DNA of 64,000 nucleotides from Candidatus Woesearchaeota archaeon (lineage in GTDB: Archaea > Nanobdellota > Nanobdellia > Woesearchaeales > JAZDKJ01). Below, one piece after another: positions 9,475 to 18,557 of this stretch (position 1 is the stretch's first letter; each line of letters opens with the position of its first letter). A model generated the notes under the pieces. That model saw only the letters and a program-made list of their open reading frames with translations, was not told where the DNA came from and searched no databases. The stretch spans positions 160,001-224,000 of the forward strand of contig JAZDKJ010000006.1 in NCBI GenBank assembly GCA_043803105.1, read 5' to 3'. The translations under genes were made by a program, and so were the position numbers.

Positions 9475-10484
9475 ATCGCCTGTTTGTTTACAACCTCATT
9501 GTCTTATGGTGTTGCAGCACAGTTCTTGCAGGTGTTACTACAACTGTGGGTGAGAGATACAGCTTTGTTGGGGAAAAGTTCTGTAACAACCATGGCCAGG
9601 TTCAGTTTGCCCTCATACAGCACAGTGGCAACTTTCTGGTAAATGACATAAAGGGTGTTGGCTACAAGTTCAACAAGTCAAATACATACGCTAAGGTTGA
9701 TGGTGCCTGGTATGATTCAGATTACCTTCAAGCCAAGGTCTTTCGTGAGGACGAGCCCTTGTTCTTTATCTCCAATGAGTCTTTCTTCCGCACGCCTGGT
9801 AATTACACCATCATAATAGCCAACAAAAACATCTCCAAGGATGCTCAGCTTCAACTCAATTATTATAGTGGACAAAACACTCTTGAGGATGGCTCTGGCC
9901 TAAGCTTCAAGGTTTATTGCGATCGCATAGAGAACACCTGCAGTCCGATTCACCTGAGGATTCGCTCGTGCAACATGACAGACTCAGGTTTTGTTCTTGA
10001 ATTTCACGGCCTAGCTGACAGCAGTATAAATCCTGCCAAGGGTATTGAATTCCTGCTCAACTATGAGGTGCACGCAGACAGCGTGGAATATCAGCTGCTT
10101 CCAACTGACACAACCTTCTTGTCACTAGGAAATTCCACATTTGTTATGAATGTTCCTCTTGCCAGCTTGATTGAGCCAGTATCAAAGGTCAGGTTGTCTT
10201 TCCCTGTGTGCAATCCCAAGCTGTACGACACTGTAGTCTATCGCTCATGCAATGTTCCCAAACGCATTCAACTCAATAATAGTTCCCCATCTTTGAACCC
10301 GGTTCTGAATGCGAACCAAACCCCTAATGTACATTTGAATACTGTGATGCAGCCTGCCAATCTTACCAACCTGAATTCAACAAAGCGACTTATCCTTGAC
10401 ATCCCGATTGATATTTCAAGGCTGATTTCTCAGAAGCGCGCAATCTTTTCTTGGTTTGGCTTTCTTCTCCAGAAGTTATTTTGA
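9471..10484 (+). CDS. Secreted Cys-containing beta-rich protein
   Basis: Signal peptide, paired cysteines, N/P-rich linker and hydrophobic C-terminus. Confidence 0.65.
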   Translation: MNRLFVYNLIVLWCCSTVLAGVTTTVGERYSFVGEKFCNNHGQVQFALIQHSGNFLVNDIKGVGYKFNKSNTYAKVDGAWYDSDYLQAKVFREDEPLFFISNESFFRTPGNYTIIIANKNISKDAQLQLNYYSGQNTLEDGSGLSFKVYCDRIENTCSPIHLRIRSCNMTDSGFVLEFHGLADSSINPAKGIEFLLNYEVHADSVEYQLLPTDTTFLSLGNSTFVMNVPLASLIEPVSKVRLSFPVCNPKLYDTVVYRSCNVPKRIQLNNSSPSLNPVLNANQTPNVHLNTVMQPANLTNLNSTKRLILDIPIDISRLISQKRAIFSWFGFLLQKLF

Positions 10485-10581
10485 TAGCCTAAATAGATAA
10501 TTTCTCCAAAAACAACACCTGCGCGACAGGACTAAGCACGAAAAGTTTAAATATAACCCTCCTAGGGTTTTTTCTTGCGGA

Positions 10582-12330
10582 GTGGTCATGAAAAAAAGGG
10601 TACTTTTTGCAGTGCTTCTGTTCCTCGTTGCAGTCTCTACAGTCAGCGCAGTGGATCATCTGATTGTCAATTCAGAGGATTGGCGTGATGTCTATTCAGC
10701 CATGGTCTATTCAAACTTGATGAAGGTCCCAAAGAATTTTCTCGTAAGCGATCGCCATTCAAGAGTCCTTGCCCAGACACTTGACAAAGGCAAGAAGGAC
10801 CTGCTCCTTGTTTCTTCCAGGACAGTGCCATTTGTTGTTGGCTATTCGTCTGTTTTGCAGGGTGAGGGCTTCACTGTTGAAGAGATAAGCCCTTCAAATA
10901 TTAATCTTGAACTTGCCAGGCGGACCACCACCCCAAACTTCATTGTTGTTGATGACTCTTACGGCTACAATGCTGTTGCTGTTGCCCCATATGCTGCAAT
11001 CAAGGGTTCCTATGTTATCTTTGCTGATAGGCGTAATATTGCTGACGTTGTCTCATTGCTGCAGGCCCGCACTCCAACTGAGCTCATCCTCTATGGTCAC
11101 GTTGACCGTGAGGTAAAGTCAGCCCTTGACCAGTTTAATCCGATTATTATTAACAAGGAGGATCGCTTTGATAACAATATCGAGATTGTTAAGCTCTACC
11201 AACAAAAATACAAGTCTGACAATGGTGACATCAATAAGCAGGTGGTCCTTACAAATGGTGAGTTCCTCGAGGAGGAGGTCATGTCAGGCTCAGAGCCTGT
11301 GCTTTTTTTGGGTAAGCAGAATGTTCCTGACCAGATAAGGCAGTACATCTCTGCAAGCGGTTTGGAGGTTGCTGTCCTTATAGGTAACCAATATGTTGGT
11401 GCAGCCACAAATATCCGGCGCCAGATTGGCATAAGTGTTTTTGTCAAGTTTGCCCGAGGTGCCAGGATGCCAAGCGGTCCTATCTCTCCTGTTGAAGGTC
11501 TCGACATTTTTTACGTTCCCACCTATAGTATTACTCTGCAGATTGCAAGCATCAGATACAATTATGCCACAGCAAACCTAGAAGTGACTATCCAGAATAG
11601 TGGTGAGGTGGCTGCTTACTTCAAGGGCTCTTATTCACTGTCTTCTGAGCTCGGCGGCCAAGGCACTGTCGGTGACCTCGATCCTGTTTTCATTGATGCC
11701 CATAGTGTGAAAACCCTCACATACTCTGCCTCCATGCAGGGCCAGAACCTTTCTGGGGATGCCTATGTTCTTTATGGTGAATCACCTCGTTCGCTTGAGA
11801 GTGAGTTAAGGCAGAGATTCTCCATTGAAGGCATACGAGTTATTGACAATTCCCAGATAGACATAGTCTCTGTGGTATATGACCTTCAGAAAGGCATCTT
11901 TTATGTTGAGGTCCGGAATACTGGCGAGACAGATGTTTTTGTTGACATCGAGCTGATAGATGTGATTATTGACGGTGAAAGGTATTCTTTTGGCTCAACT
12001 GGAACGACAGAGATCAAGGCTGGAAAGTCAGCGCTTGTTGCCATCCGCCCAAATCCTGTGCTTGCAGAGGTTGACCTTGCAGACAATCCAAAAGTTATTG
12101 TGCAGGCAAATTACGGTGAGCGCAAGGAAATCCTTGTTAAATCCTTAAGAAAAGAACTTCCCTTCACTCTGAAGAAGGCCAATTATATCTTCTATGGTGC
12201 AATTATTGTCATCCTTGCAGTCCTGCTGTTGCTGCTCTTCCTGTTTAAGCGCAAGCGATGCCCTGAGTGTGGCCACATCAACAAGCGCTCGCGCCACACC
12301 TGTGAGAAGTGCCAGGCGCGACTCAGATAA
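10582..12330 (+). CDS. Membrane-anchored surface protein with cell-wall-binding-repeat-2-like N-terminus, Ig-like domains, TM helix and cytoplasmic zinc ribbon
   Basis: Signal peptide, AVAPYAA and DRFDNN motifs, and a C-terminal TM helix followed by CPECG..N......CEKC. Confidence 0.7.
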   Translation: MVMKKRVLFAVLLFLVAVSTVSAVDHLIVNSEDWRDVYSAMVYSNLMKVPKNFLVSDRHSRVLAQTLDKGKKDLLLVSSRTVPFVVGYSSVLQGEGFTVEEISPSNINLELARRTTTPNFIVVDDSYGYNAVAVAPYAAIKGSYVIFADRRNIADVVSLLQARTPTELILYGHVDREVKSALDQFNPIIINKEDRFDNNIEIVKLYQQKYKSDNGDINKQVVLTNGEFLEEEVMSGSEPVLFLGKQNVPDQIRQYISASGLEVAVLIGNQYVGAATNIRRQIGISVFVKFARGARMPSGPISPVEGLDIFYVPTYSITLQIASIRYNYATANLEVTIQNSGEVAAYFKGSYSLSSELGGQGTVGDLDPVFIDAHSVKTLTYSASMQGQNLSGDAYVLYGESPRSLESELRQRFSIEGIRVIDNSQIDIVSVVYDLQKGIFYVEVRNTGETDVFVDIELIDVIIDGERYSFGSTGTTEIKAGKSALVAIRPNPVLAEVDLADNPKVIVQANYGERKEILVKSLRKELPFTLKKANYIFYGAIIVILAVLLLLLFLFKRKRCPECGHINKRSRHTCEKCQARLR

Positions 12331-12490
12331 TTTCTTTTGTAAAATCTATTAATAGGAAAGTTATTAATTAACAAAACTAATTAATTAAATAATAAAATAG
12401 TATAATTAATAAATTTGATAATTAGTCCAAATGTGCATTGACGATAAAGTTGAAGAAAAATTTATATAAGAGCAAAATGGGCTAAATCCT

Positions 12491-13201
12491 ATGACCATTC
12501 TTTCCAGGAATATTGTGATGATTTCTGCTTTCGCGTTTGTCCTGGTCTTAGGTCTTCTCTATTCATCCTCAACCCCGGGCTTTCCGGTCATAACAGGCTG
12601 GCCTATTGCGAGGCTCACAATCGTAGAGGTTTATCATAAGATGTGCAACATAAGCTTAAATCCTGGCTTCAACTATTTCTCTGCTCCCTGTTTTGGCGAC
12701 GAGGTGGCTATTTCCACAGCCCTTGAGGAATTCTACCAGAACCTCACCAATAGCTCCAATATGACAGTGTGTAGTTATAAATTTCGTTCAATCCACGCAT
12801 ATGATTCTACAGACTCTCTTGATCACTGGAAAAGTTACAATCCCTGCCTTCCTTCCTATGTTGTACAGGACATGGCAATTTTGGATGACAAGAAAGGTTA
12901 TGCAATTTACATGAATCTGTCAGCACGCCTTGAGTATGGTTCTGATGTTAGCATCCCGAATTATGTGCCTCTGTTTGCTGATTGGAATTTTGTAGGTTAT
13001 CCGAGTAATGATACTACAGGAAATCGCTCTGTTGGTGTTTCTATTGGTAGTATTAATCAGTCTTATCTTGCTATTTATAGCTATTCTGCTGGAAAATGGC
13101 TTTTTTATAATGATTCAATCCACAACTTTTCGTTTTTTGAGCCATTTCATCCTTACTGGATGAGAATGCTTGAGAACGCTACCTGGGTGATTGACTGGTG
13201 A
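12491..13201 (+). CDS. Secreted surface protein with two L..G(W/F)N repeats
   Basis: ISLNPGFNYFSAP and VPLFADWNFVGYP repeats, N-terminal hydrophobic segment. Confidence 0.65.
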   Translation: MTILSRNIVMISAFAFVLVLGLLYSSSTPGFPVITGWPIARLTIVEVYHKMCNISLNPGFNYFSAPCFGDEVAISTALEEFYQNLTNSSNMTVCSYKFRSIHAYDSTDSLDHWKSYNPCLPSYVVQDMAILDDKKGYAIYMNLSARLEYGSDVSIPNYVPLFADWNFVGYPSNDTTGNRSVGVSIGSINQSYLAIYSYSAGKWLFYNDSIHNFSFFEPFHPYWMRMLENATWVIDW

Positions 13202-15096
13202 GACTCTTAATTTTTCTTGTCCTGTTAATTCTGTCCGTTATTCCTATCTATGCAGTGCCAAGGGTTGCCTCAGAGTTTTATGGCAATCTCTTCGAGGATT
13301 CAATTGCAGTTCCTGCAGGCAAGAACATTACAGTTTATGACCAGAATGACACCTTCTGCGGTCTTTTTCGCCTTCAGACTTCAGGCAGGTTTGGTCTCCT
13401 TTCCTGCATGGGCGATGACCTCTCTACTTCTGTTGATGAAGGCCCTCGCGACCTAGAGACAGTGCGATTCTACGTCAATCGCACTCTGGCCGTCCCGTTT
13501 CAGGAAAATCTTGGCAATTCCACTTGGCAGGAAGGTGCCTACAAATTCTTGAAGCTTAGGGTGCTCTTCTGCGGAGATTCTTATTGTGATCCTCCTGAGA
13601 ATTGTTCAGGCTGCTCTGTTGATTGTGGCATATGCAAGTTTTGCGGTAACGGGATTTGCGAGCAGGATACCCATGAGACCTGTCAGAACTGTCCCATCGA
13701 TTGCGGCGCATGCCCGCCTCCAGGCACTGGCGGTGGTGGCGGTGGAGGCGGTGGTGGCGGTGGGGGTGGCGCTGCTGGAGGCGGTGGTGGCGGTGGCGCA
13801 GGTGCTGGTTTTGAGGAGGCTGCAGCTGCGCTTTCTCAGGCAGGCTGCCAGGAAAAGTGGCAATGCTCTTCCTGGGGAAATTGCACAGTTGTTGGCCTCC
13901 AATATCGCAATTGTGTGGACACAAACAACTGCAACACTCAGAAGAACAAGCCACCAGAGGCACAAGACTGTCTCTATCTTGCCACTTGTCAAGATAAGGT
14001 CCAGAATTGCCATCCCGATGACAAAGGCACCGCACTTTGCGAGTCTGGTGTTGATTGCGGTGGTCCTTGCCCGCCATGCCCTGGCTGCTTTGATAATGTC
14101 AGAAATAACGGCGAGACAGGGATTGATTGCGGCGGGCCTTGCCAGCCATGTGCCACTTGCACTGACCGTATAAAGAACTGCCAGCTTCTTGATGCTGGTC
14201 TTGTGTGTGAGATTGGAATTGATTGTGGTGGTCCGTGCCCGTCCTGCGAAGGGGCAAGAGGAGCGCCTTCAGTTGAGATGCCTGCTGCTCCTCGTTGTGG
14301 TGACGGCGTTTGCTCTGCAGAAGAAAGCTGCACATGTCCTGCTGATTGCAGTAGGTTTCCATCGTTTTTCTTTGTTCTGGCTTTGCTGATAATCATAATC
14401 CTTTCATCTGTTTTGCATCTTGTCTTCTATTGGTTGCATTCACAAAATAAGATGAAGCAGCCTGTCTATGACACAAGGCTTAAGCAGGTTTATTTTTCTG
14501 CGCTCTTCGTTGCCTTCTGCGTTTCTGTCGCCTCAGCCTACTCTTTCTTTTTTTGCAGCTGTCCTTCAACCTGTCAAAAGTTCTTTTACCTTCCTTTTTT
14601 TTTGGTTGTGATGGTTGCCCTCGCTGTAGTCTATGCTTACCATGCCTTGACTTTTGATGAACAGCGCAACCTAAGAAGGCTCGCTGAAATGGCCCGTGCC
14701 CACGACAGGATTATGGAGAAGCTTCTTGCCTCAGAGGGCATGCTTATCGAGGAGCTTGAGGCAGAGTCTGCCCGCCTGATATCCTCCTCAAATGACCCTG
14801 TGCTTGAAAGTTTACCAGGCATCTTCGCGCTTGCACAGAAGTTTAACCAGCTTGCGCTCTTGCGTGAAGCATACGGCAAGGAAAAAGTCCAGGACCTGGT
14901 GGTGCTTAAAGAGATGCGTAAGCACGAAAACGTTGTGCTTGACATAATCACTGATGCATTGAACAACAAGGACTTTGTTGCCTCTTTAACCTTGGCTCCA
15001 TTGAGGCAGGAGCTGCAGCTTCTGAGCAACTATTATTCTGAGAAAAAGAAAAGCCTTTCCGACCTTGATGCCATGCTCAGCCAGTACTTGTCGTAG
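13198..15096 (+). CDS. Cys-rich, poly-Gly membrane-anchored surface protein (thrombospondin-like and GxDCGGPC repeats)
   Basis: CG.G.C...E.C..CP.DC repeats, a Gly run, W.CS.W..C..G.Q.R.C.D.N.C, three GxDCGGPC repeats, ~3 TM helices and a helical tail. Confidence 0.8.
   Translation: MRLLIFLVLLILSVIPIYAVPRVASEFYGNLFEDSIAVPAGKNITVYDQNDTFCGLFRLQTSGRFGLLSCMGDDLSTSVDEGPRDLETVRFYVNRTLAVPFQENLGNSTWQEGAYKFLKLRVLFCGDSYCDPPENCSGCSVDCGICKFCGNGICEQDTHETCQNCPIDCGACPPPGTGGGGGGGGGGGGGGAAGGGGGGGAGAGFEEAAAALSQAGCQEKWQCSSWGNCTVVGLQYRNCVDTNNCNTQKNKPPEAQDCLYLATCQDKVQNCHPDDKGTALCESGVDCGGPCPPCPGCFDNVRNNGETGIDCGGPCQPCATCTDRIKNCQLLDAGLVCEIGIDCGGPCPSCEGARGAPSVEMPAAPRCGDGVCSAEESCTCPADCSRFPSFFFVLALLIIIILSSVLHLVFYWLHSQNKMKQPVYDTRLKQVYFSALFVAFCVSVASAYSFFFCSCPSTCQKFFYLPFFLVVMVALAVVYAYHALTFDEQRNLRRLAEMARAHDRIMEKLLASEGMLIEELEAESARLISSSNDPVLESLPGIFALAQKFNQLALLREAYGKEKVQDLVVLKEMRKHENVVLDIITDALNNKDFVASLTLAPLRQELQLLSNYYSEKKKSLSDLDAMLSQYLS
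13729..13810 (+). repeat. GGN poly-glycine coding low-complexity tract
   Basis: ggc/ggt/gga triplet run encoding a Gly linker. Confidence 0.85.
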
Positions 15097-15355
15097 AGCA
15101 GGTGCAATTGCACTCATTGCAGCGTATGCCATGGTCAATGAACCTGTCTTGTACATACTCCATTTCCAGTGCCTGGCAATTTCCCCTGCACCTGATCCTG
15201 CAGCTGTCCTCGTCTTGCACTGAATGGAAAATGTTCCCCTGTATTGGCCCGCACTCGTCCTTTATCACATAAGTCTTCTGTACAGCTGCGCATGATGTTA
15301 AAAGGAGAGCCATAAAAAGAATTCCACAAGATTTCTTCATCACGCACATTTTCAC
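15077..15355 (-). CDS. Small Cys-rich lipoprotein
   Basis: LLLTSC lipobox-like motif and multiple Cys. Confidence 0.55.
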   Translation of the reverse strand: MKMCVMKKSCGILFMALLLTSCAAVQKTYVIKDECGPIQGNIFHSVQDEDSCRIRCRGNCQALEMEYVQDRFIDHGIRCNECNCTCSTTSTG

Positions 15356-15380
15356 CGCCTTGTTTTTAAACCTGCGTTAA

Positions 15381-15405
15381 TATGATAAAAGTCATTTTTA
15401 TCATA
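15381..15405. promoter_or_regulatory. Inverted-repeat operator in divergent promoter
   Basis: TATGATAAAA-gtcat-TTTTATCATA. A second palindrome TGATAAATATCA lies at 15427-15438. Confidence 0.6.
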
Positions 15406-15448
15406 AAAAAGAGAAAAGTATTTAAATGATAAATATCAGTTTAGCACT

Positions 15449-15610
15449 ATGCAGACAAAAAAGGTCAACATTTTTCTGAAGGATAATGTCCACACAGAAG
15501 CCAAGATAGCAAGCGTTCTGAAAAAGACAACCTTGAATCATTTCCTTGAAAAGGCCATTTCTGAGGCTGTCGAGCAGGACCTCTCACTATTGAAGGGCTT
15601 GTTGAAATAA
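15449..15610 (+). CDS. Ribbon-helix-helix protein 1 (not in ORF track)
   Basis: Hand translation: MQTKKVNIFLKDNVHTEAKIASVLKKTTLNHFLEKAISEAVEQDLSLLKGLLK. Confidence 0.75.
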   Translation: MQTKKVNIFLKDNVHTEAKIASVLKKTTLNHFLEKAISEAVEQDLSLLKGLLK

Positions 15611-15753
15611 TGAAGCGCGTTAACATTGCCATTGGAGAGGACATTCACAGGAAGGCAAAGGTAATCGCAGTTCTGAAGGGCGTGACACTTAACGATTATC
15701 TTGAGGCAGCAATAGAGAAAGTGTTGAAAAAGGATTCAGGTAAGATAAGATGA
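15610..15753 (+). CDS. Ribbon-helix-helix protein 2 (not in ORF track)
   Basis: Hand translation: MKRVNIAIGEDIHRKAKVIAVLKGVTLNDYLEAAIEKVLKKDSGKIR. It overlaps both neighbours (TAATG and ATGA). Confidence 0.75.
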   Translation: MKRVNIAIGEDIHRKAKVIAVLKGVTLNDYLEAAIEKVLKKDSGKIR

Positions 15754-18260
15754 GTACGAGAGGCTACTTTAGTGTTGGGATGTTTGTCCTGCTTATTTGC
15801 ATCTGCAGCCCTGCAGTGTTGGCGCTTGACTTCAGCATTAGCGCTCCCGAACTGGTTTCGCCATCAGTTGCCTCTGACCTTGCAATCACGATAAGGTCGA
15901 ACCAGAGCCTTGACGGATTGGTAAGGATTAGCGCGACCAACGCTAACACATCGCAGAACATCTTTGGCTTTAGCAGGTTTGAGTTTGTGCAAGAAGGCCC
16001 CTCTCTCGTTTATTCACGCCATTTAGGCCTTTGGCCCAGGCTTCTTGGCAACTATTCTGTTACTGCCAGCCTCTTCAACCTTTCCGGCTCTCTGCTCGCC
16101 ACAGCCTCTGCCACAGGGGTGGTTGCGCTTCTCGATGACCAACCTCCCCGCGTTGTCACTCTTCTCCCCCAGGGGGTTATTCGCTCAGCTCTTGTCAACG
16201 TTTCTGTAAGGACTGATGAGTTCGCTCTTTGCAGGCTTGACTTGAACAACCTTACATGGGCATCGATGTCCACGCAGATGTCAGACCAAGGTGCCTATCA
16301 TTTCAAGACTCTTGAATTGTCCTCAGGCAAGTTCAGGTATTTCCTTTCCTGCATGGATAGGTACGGCAATGTTATGGTCCCTATCGCTTTGGATTTCGAG
16401 ATTCGCCTGCCTCCTCTTGCGGAGATATCCTTGAGTGATCCCTCTCCTGTAAAGGATGGTGTTATTGAGGTCTCGCTAATCTCATCAGAGGACTTGAAGT
16501 CTACCCCTAGCTTGAGCTATGACCTTGATGGCAAGGACCAAAAGTCAATCTCCCTCGAGGGTTCTAAGCGGTCCTGGCATGGCTTCATTGTTATAGAGAA
16601 CACTGACAACCAACGGATTGGCACTTTTCATTGGTCCGGTACCGACATTGATGGCGAGACCGGTTCAACAATAAGCAAGGGTGTGATATTCATTGTTGAT
16701 ACCCTGGAGCCTGCGGCACCTCAGGGACTGCTTGCAAATTCAGGCCAGTCAATAAGCCTTGAATGGTACTATGACGGCGAGCCTGTTGATCATTTCAATA
16801 TCTATCGCTCTCTCTCCCCGTCGGTGGGCCTTGCGAATTACTATACCAAAACAATTGGAAAGAGCTATGTAGATAATGACCTTGCCCCGGAAACTCACTA
16901 TTATTATCGGATAAGTGCCGTTGACGAGGCCGGAAATGAGGGGTCTCTCTCTGCAGAGGCCTCTGCCCTCTGTTCCAGGCTGATGAAGCATTCCGACAAT
17001 TCAACTCAGTTTGTGTCTGACGAGAAAAAGGTTCTGCTTGACGATTTGCTTGTGCTCAGGGTCAATGACTCCCTGCAAAACCTTGCCAACCTCGAGGTTG
17101 ACATTGACTGGGCAAGGTCTGCTTTGTCCAAGCTAGCAGACCAAGACCAAATCCAGATTCTAGAAGACCTTTCAGTGTCTACGCTTCTGACCTATGCCAA
17201 GTCCAAGCTCAATGACTATCGCAGTCAATTGCGTGAACTCTGGTATATGGACATTTCTGAAAAGGATTTGGATAAAAGATTGAACAATATAGTCGAGAAG
17301 ATTGGTCTCTTGAAGAGTGCTACTCCAAAGTCAGCTTCCATTTTATCCAGGTCTGTTGTTGTCCAGGGATTTGATGAAAAGGCCTTTGCCACATCTCTGG
17401 ATCTTGTCTTGCCGATAGTGGGCTCCCAAGATATTAATGCCTATAGCCAATCGAGCAGGCAATTGCAGCAGGCTCTGCGTGTCTCACAGGACATCATAGT
17501 TGTTGATATCACCTACCTTGACAGCTCAACCCAGAACATCACTCTTGTGTCAAAACAGCTTTCATATGATGGTAGCCTCAAGGACTGTAAGCTTGTTGAG
17601 TATATCCCTAAGTCCCTTGCCGGAGATGTTAAGGATGTTGTCTTCCTCTTCCCTGGTTACAACGTTCTGGTGTCTGATCCAATTGTCTCTTGGGACATAG
17701 CCCTATTCACCGGCGCCAAGATTAAGTACTATGTCAAAGGCAGCCAATTGGAGCAGGCCAAGTCTGCATCCACCTTTGTTTTCGGTTCTGGCTCCTCTGC
17801 CAAGATTCCAGAACAGCCTCCTGCCACTGCCCAGGTAATCAAGAGCAGTTCAGGCCAAACGTTTACGCCTACAGAGATTGCCATGATAATTATTGGCCTT
17901 GTCTTTGTCATGGGCCTTGCTGTCTATTATTTTACTTTCTCAGGTGCATCACTAGACGACCTGCTAGCAGAGCGATATATGAAAAGTTATATGAAAAAGG
18001 CGCAAAGGCTTGAGGAGCGCGCATTGCGCATGAAGCAGGCTTCTGTGACTCCGCTCTCATCTGATGATTACCTGTATGCGAAGATGCTGCTCGCCAAGGC
18101 TCACGTGAGCATACAAGAGCAAAACCTTGACAGGGCAGAGCTTATCTACAACACAGTGCAGGAGATATACATTCGGCTTGAGCCAGCCAACCGTAAAGGC
18201 ATTTATGATGAATGCCTGAAGGTTTATGAAAAGATTGAACAGCTGCGTTGGATAAAATGA
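15750..18260 (+). CDS. Large membrane-anchored Ig/FN3-domain surface protein
   Basis: Signal peptide, Ig-like segments, FN3 motif (ISLEW..FNIYRS..YYYRISAVDEAGNEG), coiled coil, TM helix and TPR-like cytoplasmic tail. Confidence 0.8.
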   Translation: MSTRGYFSVGMFVLLICICSPAVLALDFSISAPELVSPSVASDLAITIRSNQSLDGLVRISATNANTSQNIFGFSRFEFVQEGPSLVYSRHLGLWPRLLGNYSVTASLFNLSGSLLATASATGVVALLDDQPPRVVTLLPQGVIRSALVNVSVRTDEFALCRLDLNNLTWASMSTQMSDQGAYHFKTLELSSGKFRYFLSCMDRYGNVMVPIALDFEIRLPPLAEISLSDPSPVKDGVIEVSLISSEDLKSTPSLSYDLDGKDQKSISLEGSKRSWHGFIVIENTDNQRIGTFHWSGTDIDGETGSTISKGVIFIVDTLEPAAPQGLLANSGQSISLEWYYDGEPVDHFNIYRSLSPSVGLANYYTKTIGKSYVDNDLAPETHYYYRISAVDEAGNEGSLSAEASALCSRLMKHSDNSTQFVSDEKKVLLDDLLVLRVNDSLQNLANLEVDIDWARSALSKLADQDQIQILEDLSVSTLLTYAKSKLNDYRSQLRELWYMDISEKDLDKRLNNIVEKIGLLKSATPKSASILSRSVVVQGFDEKAFATSLDLVLPIVGSQDINAYSQSSRQLQQALRVSQDIIVVDITYLDSSTQNITLVSKQLSYDGSLKDCKLVEYIPKSLAGDVKDVVFLFPGYNVLVSDPIVSWDIALFTGAKIKYYVKGSQLEQAKSASTFVFGSGSSAKIPEQPPATAQVIKSSSGQTFTPTEIAMIIIGLVFVMGLAVYYFTFSGASLDDLLAERYMKSYMKKAQRLEERALRMKQASVTPLSSDDYLYAKMLLAKAHVSIQEQNLDRAELIYNTVQEIYIRLEPANRKGIYDECLKVYEKIEQLRWIK

Positions 18261-18553
18261 GGCCTAATTTTGTTTTCAGTAACAGGAAGCTTTATCGAAG
18301 CTATTTGCACATCAAGGCCAGGTCATTCTTCATTAAGCATCAAAGAACCACTTACCTTTTGTGTACATGCCTGCTCATTGCCCTGTCTCTCGTGCTCATG
18401 CTGCTTGTCAGCTCATCTGATTTGCCCGCAGGCTTGATCATTAGCGAGGGCAATACTGTACCCGAGCCTGCCTGTAAAACCCTTGCCTTTAGCCAAGACA
18501 ACCGCTCACTCAATTTCACGATCTGCAATGACATCATCACAAATCTTAAATAA
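18257..18553 (+). CDS. Small single-TM protein
   Basis: ATG overlaps the upstream stop. One hydrophobic helix. Confidence 0.5.
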   Translation: MRPNFVFSNRKLYRSYLHIKARSFFIKHQRTTYLLCTCLLIALSLVLMLLVSSSDLPAGLIISEGNTVPEPACKTLAFSQDNRSLNFTICNDIITNLK

Positions 18554-18557
18554 CACA

